NCBI GenBank assembly: GCA_963675295.2
Contig: CAXXKJ010000002.1
Span: 864,001-928,000, forward strand
DNA: 64,000 nucleotides
Source: a bacterium
GTDB lineage: Bacteria; Electryoneota; Electryoneia; Electryoneales; Electryoneaceae
Direction: 5' to 3'
Each line of letters begins with the position of its first letter. Position 1 is the first letter of the stretch. Positions 21,139 to 31,000 of this stretch are shown piece after piece. The notes beneath the pieces were generated by a model. The model was not told where the DNA came from, did no database searches, and saw nothing but the letters and a program-made list of their open reading frames with translations. Made by a program: the position numbers and the translations under genes.

Positions 21139-21275
21139 CATCTGGCGACAGTCAGATGTCATACGGAAACAGGCATGGTCGTAGGCTCTCGATATTACCA
21201 AACCACAGTCACAAGTCCTAGGCTTCTATTAGTGGAACCTCGTGCTCATCGTTGCTATCAAGCCTTGGCAATCCG

Positions 21276-22625
21276 TTAATAACCCAACACATCCGATAAC
21301 AGATCAGCCATAGCATTTCGCGATGTCGAATTTAGCGATCCAGCGCCATGCCTGCCCTTAGGTGACTCATAGTATTCAAAATGTTCATCATCAAACTTGA
21401 CACCCTCTATCCTCATTTGTTCCGTAAACCAGCGGCTGTTTTGGAATGCAACGATATCGTCCAGGAGACCATGATAGACTTGCAGCGGATATGGACCATC
21501 ATCATATTTCCAATATCTAGCGACTGAATCTTCCAGAAACCAGTAGCGCAGATTTTCTTTAAGGTCAATAGTATCAGGATCGGATAAGTACAGCTCCACT
21601 CCTTTGGAGGCAATTCTCTTTTTCTGATTCAGAAAAATGTCGCCATAGGTGTATTTGGTATCTAGAATCGACCCGTACACCTCGTCAACGATGCGCTCCT
21701 TTACACCACTTGCCAGTAATCGTTTCGCTGCTCGAACATTGAAAGGAGCGTACTGATCCGTGCCCCCATACAGGGCAATGCTAACCTCTAAATCTCCAGG
21801 TACTCCATTGTCGTATAAAACAGGAGCAACTTTGTAGAGCATCCCAGCGCCCAGACTACCACCAATGATACCGACCTTGTTGTTCAGGGATATACCAAGC
21901 GCTGTAGTTTCACTTAGTACAGCTTTTAAGGATTGTAGAATAGCCATGATCTGGATATCATCAGCCGTAAGACCTTTAGTAAGATAGTCCGTCTTGAGTT
22001 GAGGGTCATCGACAGATAACGTTTCGTATTCTCCACCCTCAAATGGTTTATAAGATGACGTTGATTGAATAGCATTCAATGCATTCTGACAAGTAAGAGA
22101 ATAATCTCCAATCCCCGGTAATACAAATTGATAGCCAAAATATAGAGGGAATACAACAATACATTGTTCGCTGTAAAAATCTGTATTATTCAAATGATCG
22201 TCCCATTTGGTTATTTTATCCAAACCAATTGGATCGTTCGTATTTCCATGAAGATTCAATAGAATCGGATATTCCCCGGATCCAGGGGGAGTCGAATCGT
22301 ACGCTGGTAGTCTGACCATGCAATAATGGTAATAATCATGATTGTTCAGCTCGATTGTATGGCGGAACAGGACCATACTGTATGCGTTACCGACTTTGCA
22401 CATGCCGCCAGTTTTGAGAATTTGGAAATTGTCGTATGTATTTGTCGCCAGGCCACTTCTGTGTGTTCTGAGAGCTGTGATTTCGCTTAACGTTGGCGGT
22501 TCATTTAAAATATCGAATTTCGGGTACATATCGGGTTCCCAATACCGGCCAAACCCATTAGGTTGACCGGAGGGACCGAATTGACCAAAATGAAAGAATC
22601 CTGGAGCATTCAGTCTCATGTTCAT
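21276..22625 (-). CDS. AT-rich alpha/beta-hydrolase-fold protein
   Basis: YPILLNLHG, GGSLG elbow, HGLLDDIV and GRHG give a plausible Ser-Asp-His triad; no signal peptide. Confidence 0.65.
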   Translation of the reverse strand: MNMRLNAPGFFHFGQFGPSGQPNGFGRYWEPDMYPKFDILNEPPTLSEITALRTHRSGLATNTYDNFQILKTGGMCKVGNAYSMVLFRHTIELNNHDYYHYCMVRLPAYDSTPPGSGEYPILLNLHGNTNDPIGLDKITKWDDHLNNTDFYSEQCIVVFPLYFGYQFVLPGIGDYSLTCQNALNAIQSTSSYKPFEGGEYETLSVDDPQLKTDYLTKGLTADDIQIMAILQSLKAVLSETTALGISLNNKVGIIGGSLGAGMLYKVAPVLYDNGVPGDLEVSIALYGGTDQYAPFNVRAAKRLLASGVKERIVDEVYGSILDTKYTYGDIFLNQKKRIASKGVELYLSDPDTIDLKENLRYWFLEDSVARYWKYDDGPYPLQVYHGLLDDIVAFQNSRWFTEQMRIEGVKFDDEHFEYYESPKGRHGAGSLNSTSRNAMADLLSDVLGY

Positions 22626-23116
22626 GATTCCACCGTGGTTAGCACATTGATGCGAAATGTGAAAGTTGGCGAAACACCATTTGACGCGGCTTTGACAAAT
22701 AGTTCAATGCCAAAATGATTGCCGCTCTCATCACGAATAAGCGGAACCGCGGCGGGAGTTTCGGGGTGGACGAAGTACAGGTAGTAGTTTAAATCCTCGC
22801 CCAGATCAGCCGTCGATAGTTGATAGGCCCAAGCATATTCAGGTATTTCTGCAGGATTGGGGTCACTTGAATCACCGCCTTTGAGATCGATGAATACAGG
22901 CAACCAACGGGTCTCAATTTGCAACGGGGTCACTTCATCATTCTTGATAATTGGGCGCCAAGCGAGCGTGATTTCCTTAACATTTGATATATCAACTACT
23001 TCAAGAATTGCTGACATGTACCCCGTCCCACCAGTGATCGGAACATCATCGAACCAATCCGTGCCGACAGAAAAGCTTGTACCATCCAGGATCGTCATTT
23101 TCGTTTCCAGCGACAT
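22622..23116 (-). CDS. Hypothetical beta-rich protein, translationally coupled to the hydrolase
   Basis: GGGGG RBS; ATGA overlap with the 22625 start; 164 aa with no recognisable motif. Confidence 0.6.
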   Translation of the reverse strand: MSLETKMTILDGTSFSVGTDWFDDVPITGGTGYMSAILEVVDISNVKEITLAWRPIIKNDEVTPLQIETRWLPVFIDLKGGDSSDPNPAEIPEYAWAYQLSTADLGEDLNYYLYFVHPETPAAVPLIRDESGNHFGIELFVKAASNGVSPTFTFRINVLTTVES

Positions 23117-23168
23117 CGTGGTAGTCCCCCAGTTGAGTAGATGCGGCTCTCATTTTGTCCGCTTGTTC

Positions 23169-23198
23169 AAGCTAGTCCATAGCTTTTTTTTTTGTCAA
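23169..23198 (-). promoter_or_regulatory. Promoter TTGACA-N18-TAGCTT with an A10 tract
   Basis: Consensus -35 on the minus strand; T10 at 23184-23193 on the plus strand. Confidence 0.45.
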
Positions 23199-23256
23199 GT
23201 ACTATCTTTGTCTGAGGCACGATGTAATTTTCAGATACAACACTTGAGGTGCAATC

Positions 23257-24819
23257 ATGAAAATGACAAAACAAGAAGCTAAATACTTGATTGTACTGAC
23301 ATTACTACTTGCTATGTTTGGTTGTTCTAATCTATACGCTCAACCACAGTTGCTCTGGGAGCAGCGGATAGGGACTGATGACTATGACGCGATGGGAGAT
23401 GTTGCGTTCTGCTCCAATGGTAATCTGTTGTTCACATCACGTTTGCAATCGGATGAGATGATGCTGGATTGTGTTGCTCAAGATGGGACCCCACTTTGGT
23501 CAACACTAACGACAAGTAATTCAGGTCGTGACCTGGAACGGATTGGATCGATCCGGTTTGCATCAACATACACTTACGGTCTTGATAATAGTACAATCGC
23601 AGTATTTAATATAAGTAGCGGGCTTGAATATATTACAGAAACTATAAATGGTGCATCAGAAGGAATACATACATACCTTAATGGCGGGTATCTAGTATCT
23701 GGCAGTATTAGTTTTAATAACCCGTATGTCTGTAGAATTACAAGTAGTGGAAGCATTGTTTGGTATGCACATGTTGGAGGATCGCAGGCATCTTTTTGTA
23801 ACGATATAGCTTCTGGTATCACTAACATTATTTATGCTCCAGTAACATCAAATGATATTATTATTTATAAGATCAGTCCGTCAGGAAGTGTAATAGATTC
23901 TACTATAGTACAAAGGATAAATAATTCATCAGTTCATAGTACACTTAATATCATACAACAGCCTGATGGTAATTTATTAATGTCAGGATGGTTTTCAATG
24001 GAATTCGATTCCACGTATAGTGGCCTTACAATTTCTCCAGATGGAGATATCCTGAATTATTGGGGTCATCAAGATATGTTATTGCCCTATCACTCCCTTT
24101 ATTCTATGCCTGACGGTGGGTCGGTTTCTATTGTTCCTGATGTTGATTCAGATAATGAGATACTCTTCACTCGTTACGATGCTACAGGGACTCCTATAAT
24201 CGACTGGAGTTACGACATGAATGTAGACGATTACATTTATAGTTCAGAAAATCAGACAGTCGTTGTGAATGCACTAGGAGAAATCTTTCTATTCTCTGAT
24301 TATAATTTTTTCAATATTAGAATAAATGACGATGACACGAACGTATTAGCAGCGAAATTCGGTGTCTGGCATACTGATTTGGAAATCGCCGCGAATCGCT
24401 ACAACAATCAAGATCTCCAGGCTCCGGGTCGGTTTCACTGGCATGGCACGTTGACCAACAACACGGACGCCGACATCACAACCGACGTTTGGGTCATTGT
24501 CCGGGGGCCGGACGGCTATCCGAGTGAGCCACTTCGTGTGTGGGAGGACATCACCATCCCCGCGAACGGCGTCTACGAAGCTGACTTGCAGCAGAATGTC
24601 CCGGCGGACGCAGCATCCGGTGAGTACAACTACATCGTCCGCGCTGGAACCTACGATCCTGACAACCCACAACACACTATCCAAGCGTATTTTCCGCTTA
24701 TCGTCACGGGTGGCACGGAAGTCGATCTCGATCCGCCGCGCACGCGCGGGGTTGTCGCCGCCCCGTTTGTCGGGCCGGTGCTGGTTGAGCTTTCGCCGGA
24801 ACTGAAAACCACGGACTGA
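23257..24819 (+). CDS. Secreted beta-propeller-like protein with C-terminal Ig-like domain and no CTD
   Basis: GAGGTG RBS and signal peptide; AT-rich propeller-like body; GC-rich C-terminal Ig-like domain (VPADAASGEYNYIVRAG). Confidence 0.75.
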   Translation: MKMTKQEAKYLIVLTLLLAMFGCSNLYAQPQLLWEQRIGTDDYDAMGDVAFCSNGNLLFTSRLQSDEMMLDCVAQDGTPLWSTLTTSNSGRDLERIGSIRFASTYTYGLDNSTIAVFNISSGLEYITETINGASEGIHTYLNGGYLVSGSISFNNPYVCRITSSGSIVWYAHVGGSQASFCNDIASGITNIIYAPVTSNDIIIYKISPSGSVIDSTIVQRINNSSVHSTLNIIQQPDGNLLMSGWFSMEFDSTYSGLTISPDGDILNYWGHQDMLLPYHSLYSMPDGGSVSIVPDVDSDNEILFTRYDATGTPIIDWSYDMNVDDYIYSSENQTVVVNALGEIFLFSDYNFFNIRINDDDTNVLAAKFGVWHTDLEIAANRYNNQDLQAPGRFHWHGTLTNNTDADITTDVWVIVRGPDGYPSEPLRVWEDITIPANGVYEADLQQNVPADAASGEYNYIVRAGTYDPDNPQHTIQAYFPLIVTGGTEVDLDPPRTRGVVAAPFVGPVLVELSPELKTTD

Positions 24820-24828
24820 AGTCCGTGG
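24809..24828. repeat. REP-like palindrome CCACGGAC-TGAA-GTCCGTGG
   Basis: Perfect 8-bp stem; resembles palindromes associated with IS200/IS605/RAYT HUH elements (recalled, not searched). Confidence 0.55.
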
Positions 24829-24881
24829 CAAGATGCATCTGAATTCCATGGTATACTGTTCGTCGCATTACCCCAAGCCCG

Positions 24882-26042
24882 CTACTGAGCGATATCATGC
24901 ACCGCGGCGATGGCGGTCTGCACCTGGTCCGGGGTGTTGAACGGCCCTAACGAGAAGCGCACGGTACCGTGCAGGTCGAAGGTGCCGATGGATTCATGGC
25001 ATTTCGGCGCGCACTGCAGGCCGGTACGGGTGGCGATGTCGTGGTCGACGTCGAGCATGATGCCGACGTTCATCGCTTCGATACCCTCGACGTTGATCGA
25101 GAACGTCGCGAGGTGATTCTCCAGCGAATCGCAACAGTAGGTCGTCACCTTCGGCAGATCCTTGATACCGTCCACGAAGGTCTGCACCATCGCCATCTCT
25201 TTCGCGTGGATCGCCGCCGGGCCGCCGTTTTCTTCGATCCAGCGTTGCCCCGCCCAGAGGCCGCCGATGCCCATCAGGTTCGGGGTGCCGTATTCCAGCC
25301 GCCACGGGTATTCCGCCAGGTGATACGGAAACGCCGAACGCACGCCGGTCCCGCCGGAGCGGGTCTGGCCGATTTCAAGGTGTTCGCGGACGCAGATGAC
25401 ACCGGTTCCGGTCGGACCCATCAGCGCCTTGTGGCCGGTCGCGACGAGAGCGTCCACATGCCACGCTTTCATGTCGATCGGGACGACGCCGCCGGTCTGG
25501 GACGCGTCAATAACGAACTTTGCCTGGTGATCCTTGAGGATCGCGCCGATTGCGGCGATATCCTGGACGGTGCCGATCACGTTTGAGCCGTGGTTGACGA
25601 CGACCAGCGACGTGTTTGGCCGCAGTGCGTTCTCGAGGTCGGCGGTCTGGATGAAGCCGTGCTCGTTGGGCGCGAGCCAGGTGACTTCGGCGATGCCGTC
25701 ACGTTCGAGACAGTTCAACGGCCGCAGCACGCTGTTGTGGTCGAGGTTGGTGCTGATGACGTGGTCACCCGGTTTGACCAGCCCCTGGATCACGATGTTC
25801 AGGCCGTCGGTGGCGTTGTGGCAGAAGACGGTTCGTTCCGGCAGGTCGCCGTTGAAGAACGCGTTCAGTTTCTTGCGGGTGTTTTCGACGAGATCGCCGG
25901 CGGAGATGGCGGCGTCAAAGCCCGAGCGTCCCGGGTTGACCCCGTTGTGCCGGTAGAAGTCGTCCATGAACGCGTAGACTTCGTCCGGTTTCGGCCACGA
26001 GGTGGCGGCATTGTCCATGTAGATCAGGTCACGGGCGTCCAT
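24882..26042 (-). CDS. Cysteine desulfurase family protein (class V PLP aminotransferase)
   Basis: YMDNAATS, DASQ, TGHKAL (PLP lysine), RTGLQCA and GTVRFS. Confidence 0.85.
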   Translation of the reverse strand: MDARDLIYMDNAATSWPKPDEVYAFMDDFYRHNGVNPGRSGFDAAISAGDLVENTRKKLNAFFNGDLPERTVFCHNATDGLNIVIQGLVKPGDHVISTNLDHNSVLRPLNCLERDGIAEVTWLAPNEHGFIQTADLENALRPNTSLVVVNHGSNVIGTVQDIAAIGAILKDHQAKFVIDASQTGGVVPIDMKAWHVDALVATGHKALMGPTGTGVICVREHLEIGQTRSGGTGVRSAFPYHLAEYPWRLEYGTPNLMGIGGLWAGQRWIEENGGPAAIHAKEMAMVQTFVDGIKDLPKVTTYCCDSLENHLATFSINVEGIEAMNVGIMLDVDHDIATRTGLQCAPKCHESIGTFDLHGTVRFSLGPFNTPDQVQTAIAAVHDIAQ

Positions 26043-26183
26043 CGCAACTCCCCCACAAAACGGTGTGTTGTTGAGTATCCGGGAAGATAGTGAACGGGGG
26101 TGCGTTCCGGGGCCTCAGGGAGTTGTCTGGAGATCAGACACCACTGTCCAGCACATCTGATTTCCCCCGTAGTCGTAGTGCGT

Positions 26184-27194
26184 TTAAACCCTGAGATGAT
26201 TCAATAGTTGTTCGCGTGTTCGTTGTCCGGATTGTGCGCCGCGATGTTGCACGGACAGGGATGCGGCGTGCGTTGCCAGCGCGATGGCAGTGTCCATCGG
26301 CAGGTCCTCGGCGAGGAAGGCTGCGACCGCACCGCAGAAGGCGTCCCCGGCGCCGACGCTGTCGATGACGTCGATTTCCGGCGGCGGGAACATCAGGTGT
26401 GCACCGTCGGGACGGATCCACTCCACACCTTGTGGCCCCAGGGTGACAAAGACATGCTGCGCGCCGACTTCGGTCCATTGCACATACCGTTCGGCTGGCG
26501 GAATCGCTTCGTAATCCTCGACATCGAGGATCGCGGCGGCCTGTAGTTCGTTGGGTACGAGCGCAAACAGCCCGCGCGGCGGACGCGGGGACTTGTTCCT
26601 GAACGGATCGGGGTTGAAAATGATCTTCAGGTCGAACTCTTTCGCCAGCTCGATGGCGTGGGTGACCGTCGCGAGCGGGAGTTCATTCTGGATCAGCAGC
26701 CACTTCGCGCGGCGGAACAGGTGCAGCTTGCGGTCGAGGTGGTCCGGCAGCAGGTGGTGGTACGCGCCGGGGCAGGCGGTGATCTGGTTTTCGCCGTGCT
26801 CATCCACCGAGATGATCGCTTCGGCGGTGGGCTGATTCGGCACATGGACCACGCCCTCGGTGTCGACTCCGGCGTCGAGCAGCGGTTGCAACGCTATCCG
26901 TCCCGCCTCATCCTCTCCGCCGATGGCTGAGATGAAGAGTACTTCCGCGCCCATCTTGCGTGCGGCGAGGGCCTGGTTCGCGCCTTTGCCGCCGGGATGG
27001 ATTTCCATGCGATGGCCGATGGACGTTTCGCCGGGGCGCGGCAAGCTGGTGACATAAAAAATACGGTCGAGCACCGTCGCGCCGACAACCAGTATCGTGC
27101 CGGGACGTTCGGGCTGAGCGGGGACGCTGGCAAAGTCCGGCGTGGGTTGCTCCGAGTGTCCGCTGTTTGCGTACAGGGGGGTCGTCTCGTTCAT
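26184..27194 (-). CDS. rbsK: Ribokinase (PfkB family)
   Basis: PGGKGANQALAA, QNE and DSVGAGDAF; the start codon is uncertain. Confidence 0.8.
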   Translation of the reverse strand: MNETTPLYANSGHSEQPTPDFASVPAQPERPGTILVVGATVLDRIFYVTSLPRPGETSIGHRMEIHPGGKGANQALAARKMGAEVLFISAIGGEDEAGRIALQPLLDAGVDTEGVVHVPNQPTAEAIISVDEHGENQITACPGAYHHLLPDHLDRKLHLFRRAKWLLIQNELPLATVTHAIELAKEFDLKIIFNPDPFRNKSPRPPRGLFALVPNELQAAAILDVEDYEAIPPAERYVQWTEVGAQHVFVTLGPQGVEWIRPDGAHLMFPPPEIDVIDSVGAGDAFCGAVAAFLAEDLPMDTAIALATHAASLSVQHRGAQSGQRTREQLLNHLRV

Positions 27195-27355
27195 CGAGTC
27201 CTCATCAGATTGGGGGACGACGTGTCCGTAAGATAGTCGCGCCATGCGCCTCGCGCCTGTCTGGACACGAAGGTTGTGCAAAATCGTATACTCAGCAGGA
27301 TTCATAAACGCGAAGCGTTACGCGCTGTCAACGGCAAGCGAAGGATGGAATTGCG

Positions 27356-27799
27356 GTGAACAATCGTCACGAAAAACCGTGGGTGATCAGCCAGGTCCGT
27401 GTGCCATACGGCCACACCGACCAAATGGGGAACGTCTATTATGGTCACGCGTTACTCTATTTCGAGATGGGCCGGACCGAATGGATGCGTGAGGGTGGGC
27501 TGACGTACCGTGAGTTTGAGGATATGGGCTTTTTCGTGCCGGTGATCGAGGCGCACGTGCAGTATCGCGGGCGGTTGTTCTACGATGACCTCCTCGAGAT
27601 CTGGACGGCGGCGTCAATGGAGGGCCGGTCACGTTTCCGGTTCACGCATCAGCTTCGCCGTGCCGGCGAAGACACCGTGTTGTTTGAGGGGTATACGATC
27701 CACCCGGTGGTGGATGAGAGTGCGAAGCCGATCAAGTTGCCGCCGGTGATGCGGGAGCTGCTGGAGCGGCTCGGAGAGTACAAACCCGAAAAACCCTGA
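27356..27799 (+). CDS. Acyl-CoA thioesterase (YbgC/4HBT hotdog family)
   Basis: VRVPYGHTDQMGNVYYG...FEMGRTE. Confidence 0.85.
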   Translation: MNNRHEKPWVISQVRVPYGHTDQMGNVYYGHALLYFEMGRTEWMREGGLTYREFEDMGFFVPVIEAHVQYRGRLFYDDLLEIWTAASMEGRSRFRFTHQLRRAGEDTVLFEGYTIHPVVDESAKPIKLPPVMRELLERLGEYKPEKP

Positions 27800-28076
27800 A
27801 TCCGCATCGGGGTTGACTGTGCGCTGGAACACAGTGAGGGCTCTGGGAACCGATAAACGGGTCCGAATCGGTGTGGAGAGGTTGACTCCCCGTCTAGGGC
27901 GAGTGTAGTTTGAGCGTGCTAACCCGCAAGGATAACGACTTGGAGTGCATCGGGACGCTTCGCTATCAGAGTTTGTGTGTGACAAGGCAGCAGGCAGGAT
28001 AACTCTCGCGCTGCCGGAATAGCCAGGCGTGCCAGGCGAATCTCCCCGATTCGTCATTGGCCTACCAAGGACGTTC

Positions 28077-31000
28077 ATGATTCGCGTGACAACTCAATCA
28101 TCAGCGACGATTCGTTTGCTGTGCTTCGTGTGCCTGATCGCGGTATTGATCACGGGCACCGCCCGGGCCGGTGTGTTCACCGTGCTCGAGGACAACGCCA
28201 GCGAAACGGTGGTCGAGCTGTCGTTCCCCGAATGGGAGCAGCGTCAGTTCGAGGATGGAACGCTCTACGTGCCGGTCTCGGCGGCGGTGGACAGCCGCGT
28301 GGGCATGCGGATGACGCCGTATGTGTCGCGTCTGGTCGCGTTGCCGGCGGCAAGCTTGCCGCAGATCGTGATTGAAGAGCAGCGTTGGGGCGATGCGTTC
28401 GAGGGACTGGCTCCATACGGCGATGCGTCTGCGGACAACCTGCCGGTCTCGAGTCTGCAGGGGCGTGGGCCGGTGGTGCTGAGCGAGCCGTACACGTGGC
28501 GTCATCGTAACGTCGCGCACGTGTTCGTGGTGCCTGTCCGTGAGACGGACGGCGGCGTGGTTCCGCTGCAGTACATCCGTTTCCGGATCGTGCATCCGCG
28601 TCCGCAGGCCGGACTGCGTAGCGAGCCGGACCGTCTCGCAGAGCTCGGCGTGCTGAACGGCAAGTCTGCGCGAAAGTGGGCGTTACCGAAGAAGCGCAGC
28701 AACGCTCGCAGCATTGCGTCGACGTTCGGCTGGCCGGACGGTCAGATGTTGCGTATCGAGATCGAACAGGAAGGGATGTATCAGATCTCCGGCGCGACGC
28801 TGCAGGCGCGCGGCATCGATGTCTCCGGGTTTGATCCCCGCAAATTCCGTCTCTACAACAACGGCGGCCAGCGGCTGCCGGTTGTATTCAACTCGCCGCG
28901 TCCGGATTCGCTGATCGAAAACGCGATTCTTGTCACCGGCGAGGATGATGGCAGTTTTGACGATGACGACCGTATCATCTTCTACGGACGGTCGGTCAAC
29001 ACGTGGGTCTCCGGTGCGACGCCGGGATCGTATGTACACACGATGAATCCGTTCACCCGCCGCAATGTCTACTGGCTGCAAATTTCGAACACCGGCAACG
29101 ACGGCAAGCGGATGAGCGACTTGGATGCCGACATCGCGGTCACGTATGAAGCGGATCACGCGCGCTCGCGCGTGTTCGTCGACACCGAGGCGATTGTCTA
29201 CGGCAGCAAGAATCATCCAGAATCGGGGACTCTGTGGTACGCGAAGGAGCTGAATGCGGGTGAAGCGTATTCGGTCAGCTTTGAAGCCGATAAGCCGTTG
29301 CAGGCGTCGGATGCGTCGGTCTGGGTGATGTTCGAAAACGTCGGTGTCTTCTCCGAAGAAGCTGTGGTGCAGATCAACAGCACGGTGATTGACACGATCG
29401 AGCTGGACGACGAGCGGCGCAAGCTGTCGATCCCGGACGGGGTGCTGCGTGACGGCTCCAACAACTTCAGCTTTCGTTTGATCGGCGGACATGTCTACTT
29501 CAACGCGATTGAGGTGGATTACCTGCGCTCGCTGGAAAGCGATGAGGGCAAGATGGCGTTCGACGCGCTCCCGCAGGACGGCATCGCGCGGATGACGCTC
29601 GAGGGGATGGACAACCCATGGCTGTTCGACATTCAGGACTATTCGAATGTCAGCTACACCCGTGGCGAAACGCTGAGCATTGTCAGTTCGGTGAGCAGTC
29701 CACGCCGGCACCTGGCGGTTGAAAACGATCAACTGCTGTCCCCGGCGTCGATTCAGACGGCTGGCTTTGGTTCGCCGGACTACCCGAACGGCCTGCGTGA
29801 TCCGAGTCTCGCGCCAAACACCATCTACATCTACCATTCTGATTTTACCGACGCCACCCGGCAGCTGGAGACGTACGTCGAGGATCGTGACGGTCGCGAA
29901 ATCCTCAGCGTGGACATTGAGGATGTGTACCAGGAGTTTGCGTGGGGGTTGTACGACCCGGTGGCGATTCGCGACTTCCTGATGTACGCGTACGAGAACT
30001 ATGCGGTTACGCCGGGCACCGTGCTGCTGGTCGGTGATGGTGATTACGATTACCGCAACATCGTCTCGGACGCCGACAACAACTGGATTCCGCCGTACGA
30101 GGACGGTATTCTCTGCCGCGACTTGTGGTACACGCAATTCGCCGCGAACGATGTGATCCAGACGCAGATGGTGATGGGGCGTCTGCCGGTGCAGTCGAAT
30201 TCCGAGCTCGAGGTGTACCTCGACAAGCTGCGGCGATACGAAAACGACAGCGACCTCGGCGCGTGGCGCTCGAAGCTGGTGATGGTCGCGGACGATGAAT
30301 ATGTCGAAACCGGCCCCTCGGTGCAGGAACAGATCCACATGGAAGACGCCGAGGAATTCGCGAATGAAGCCGCGCCAGACTTCATCACCGTGAAGAAGAT
30401 CTACATCGGGACCTACCCGACCACGTTCGATCCGGGCACCGGCGGGCGGCGCAAGCCTGCCGCGACGGCTGCCCTGCTCAACGAGATCAACCGTGGCGCC
30501 TTGATTGTCAGCTTCATCGGTCATGGGAACGCGCATGTCTGGACCCATGAGTCGGTTCTGCTCGATACGCGTGACACGCAGTTGATCGACAGCGGCGACC
30601 GCACCCCATTGTTCCTCGCGGCGACGTGTTCGTGGGGGCATTTTGACCGGCCGGAAAACGAAGCGCATCCGGAGCAGTTGCTGGTTAACCCGGGCGGAGC
30701 GATTGGTGTTGTCGCGGCCAGCCGTGTGACCAACGCGTTCGCGAACAACCGTTTCGCGCTGGCGTTTTACGAGCGTGTGTTCAACCGGGAAGCGGCGCTG
30801 TCTGCAGCGGAGGCGCTGTACCTGGCGTTGATCGATCACCCTGAGAGCACGAACCAGTACTACCACTACTTCGGCGAGCCGGACATGAAGCTGGCGCTGC
30901 CGAAGCTGGATGTTGACATGACCAGCATCAACCCGGACAGCCTGACTGCGTTGCAGAACGCACAGGTGACGGCGGAGGTGCGTGCGCCGGACGGTTCGGC

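Noticed and set aside
27800-28076. Long GC-rich intergenic region before porU as a possible ncRNA
   Set aside because: No tRNA, tmRNA, RNase P or riboswitch consensus recognised; probably promoter and leader sequence.
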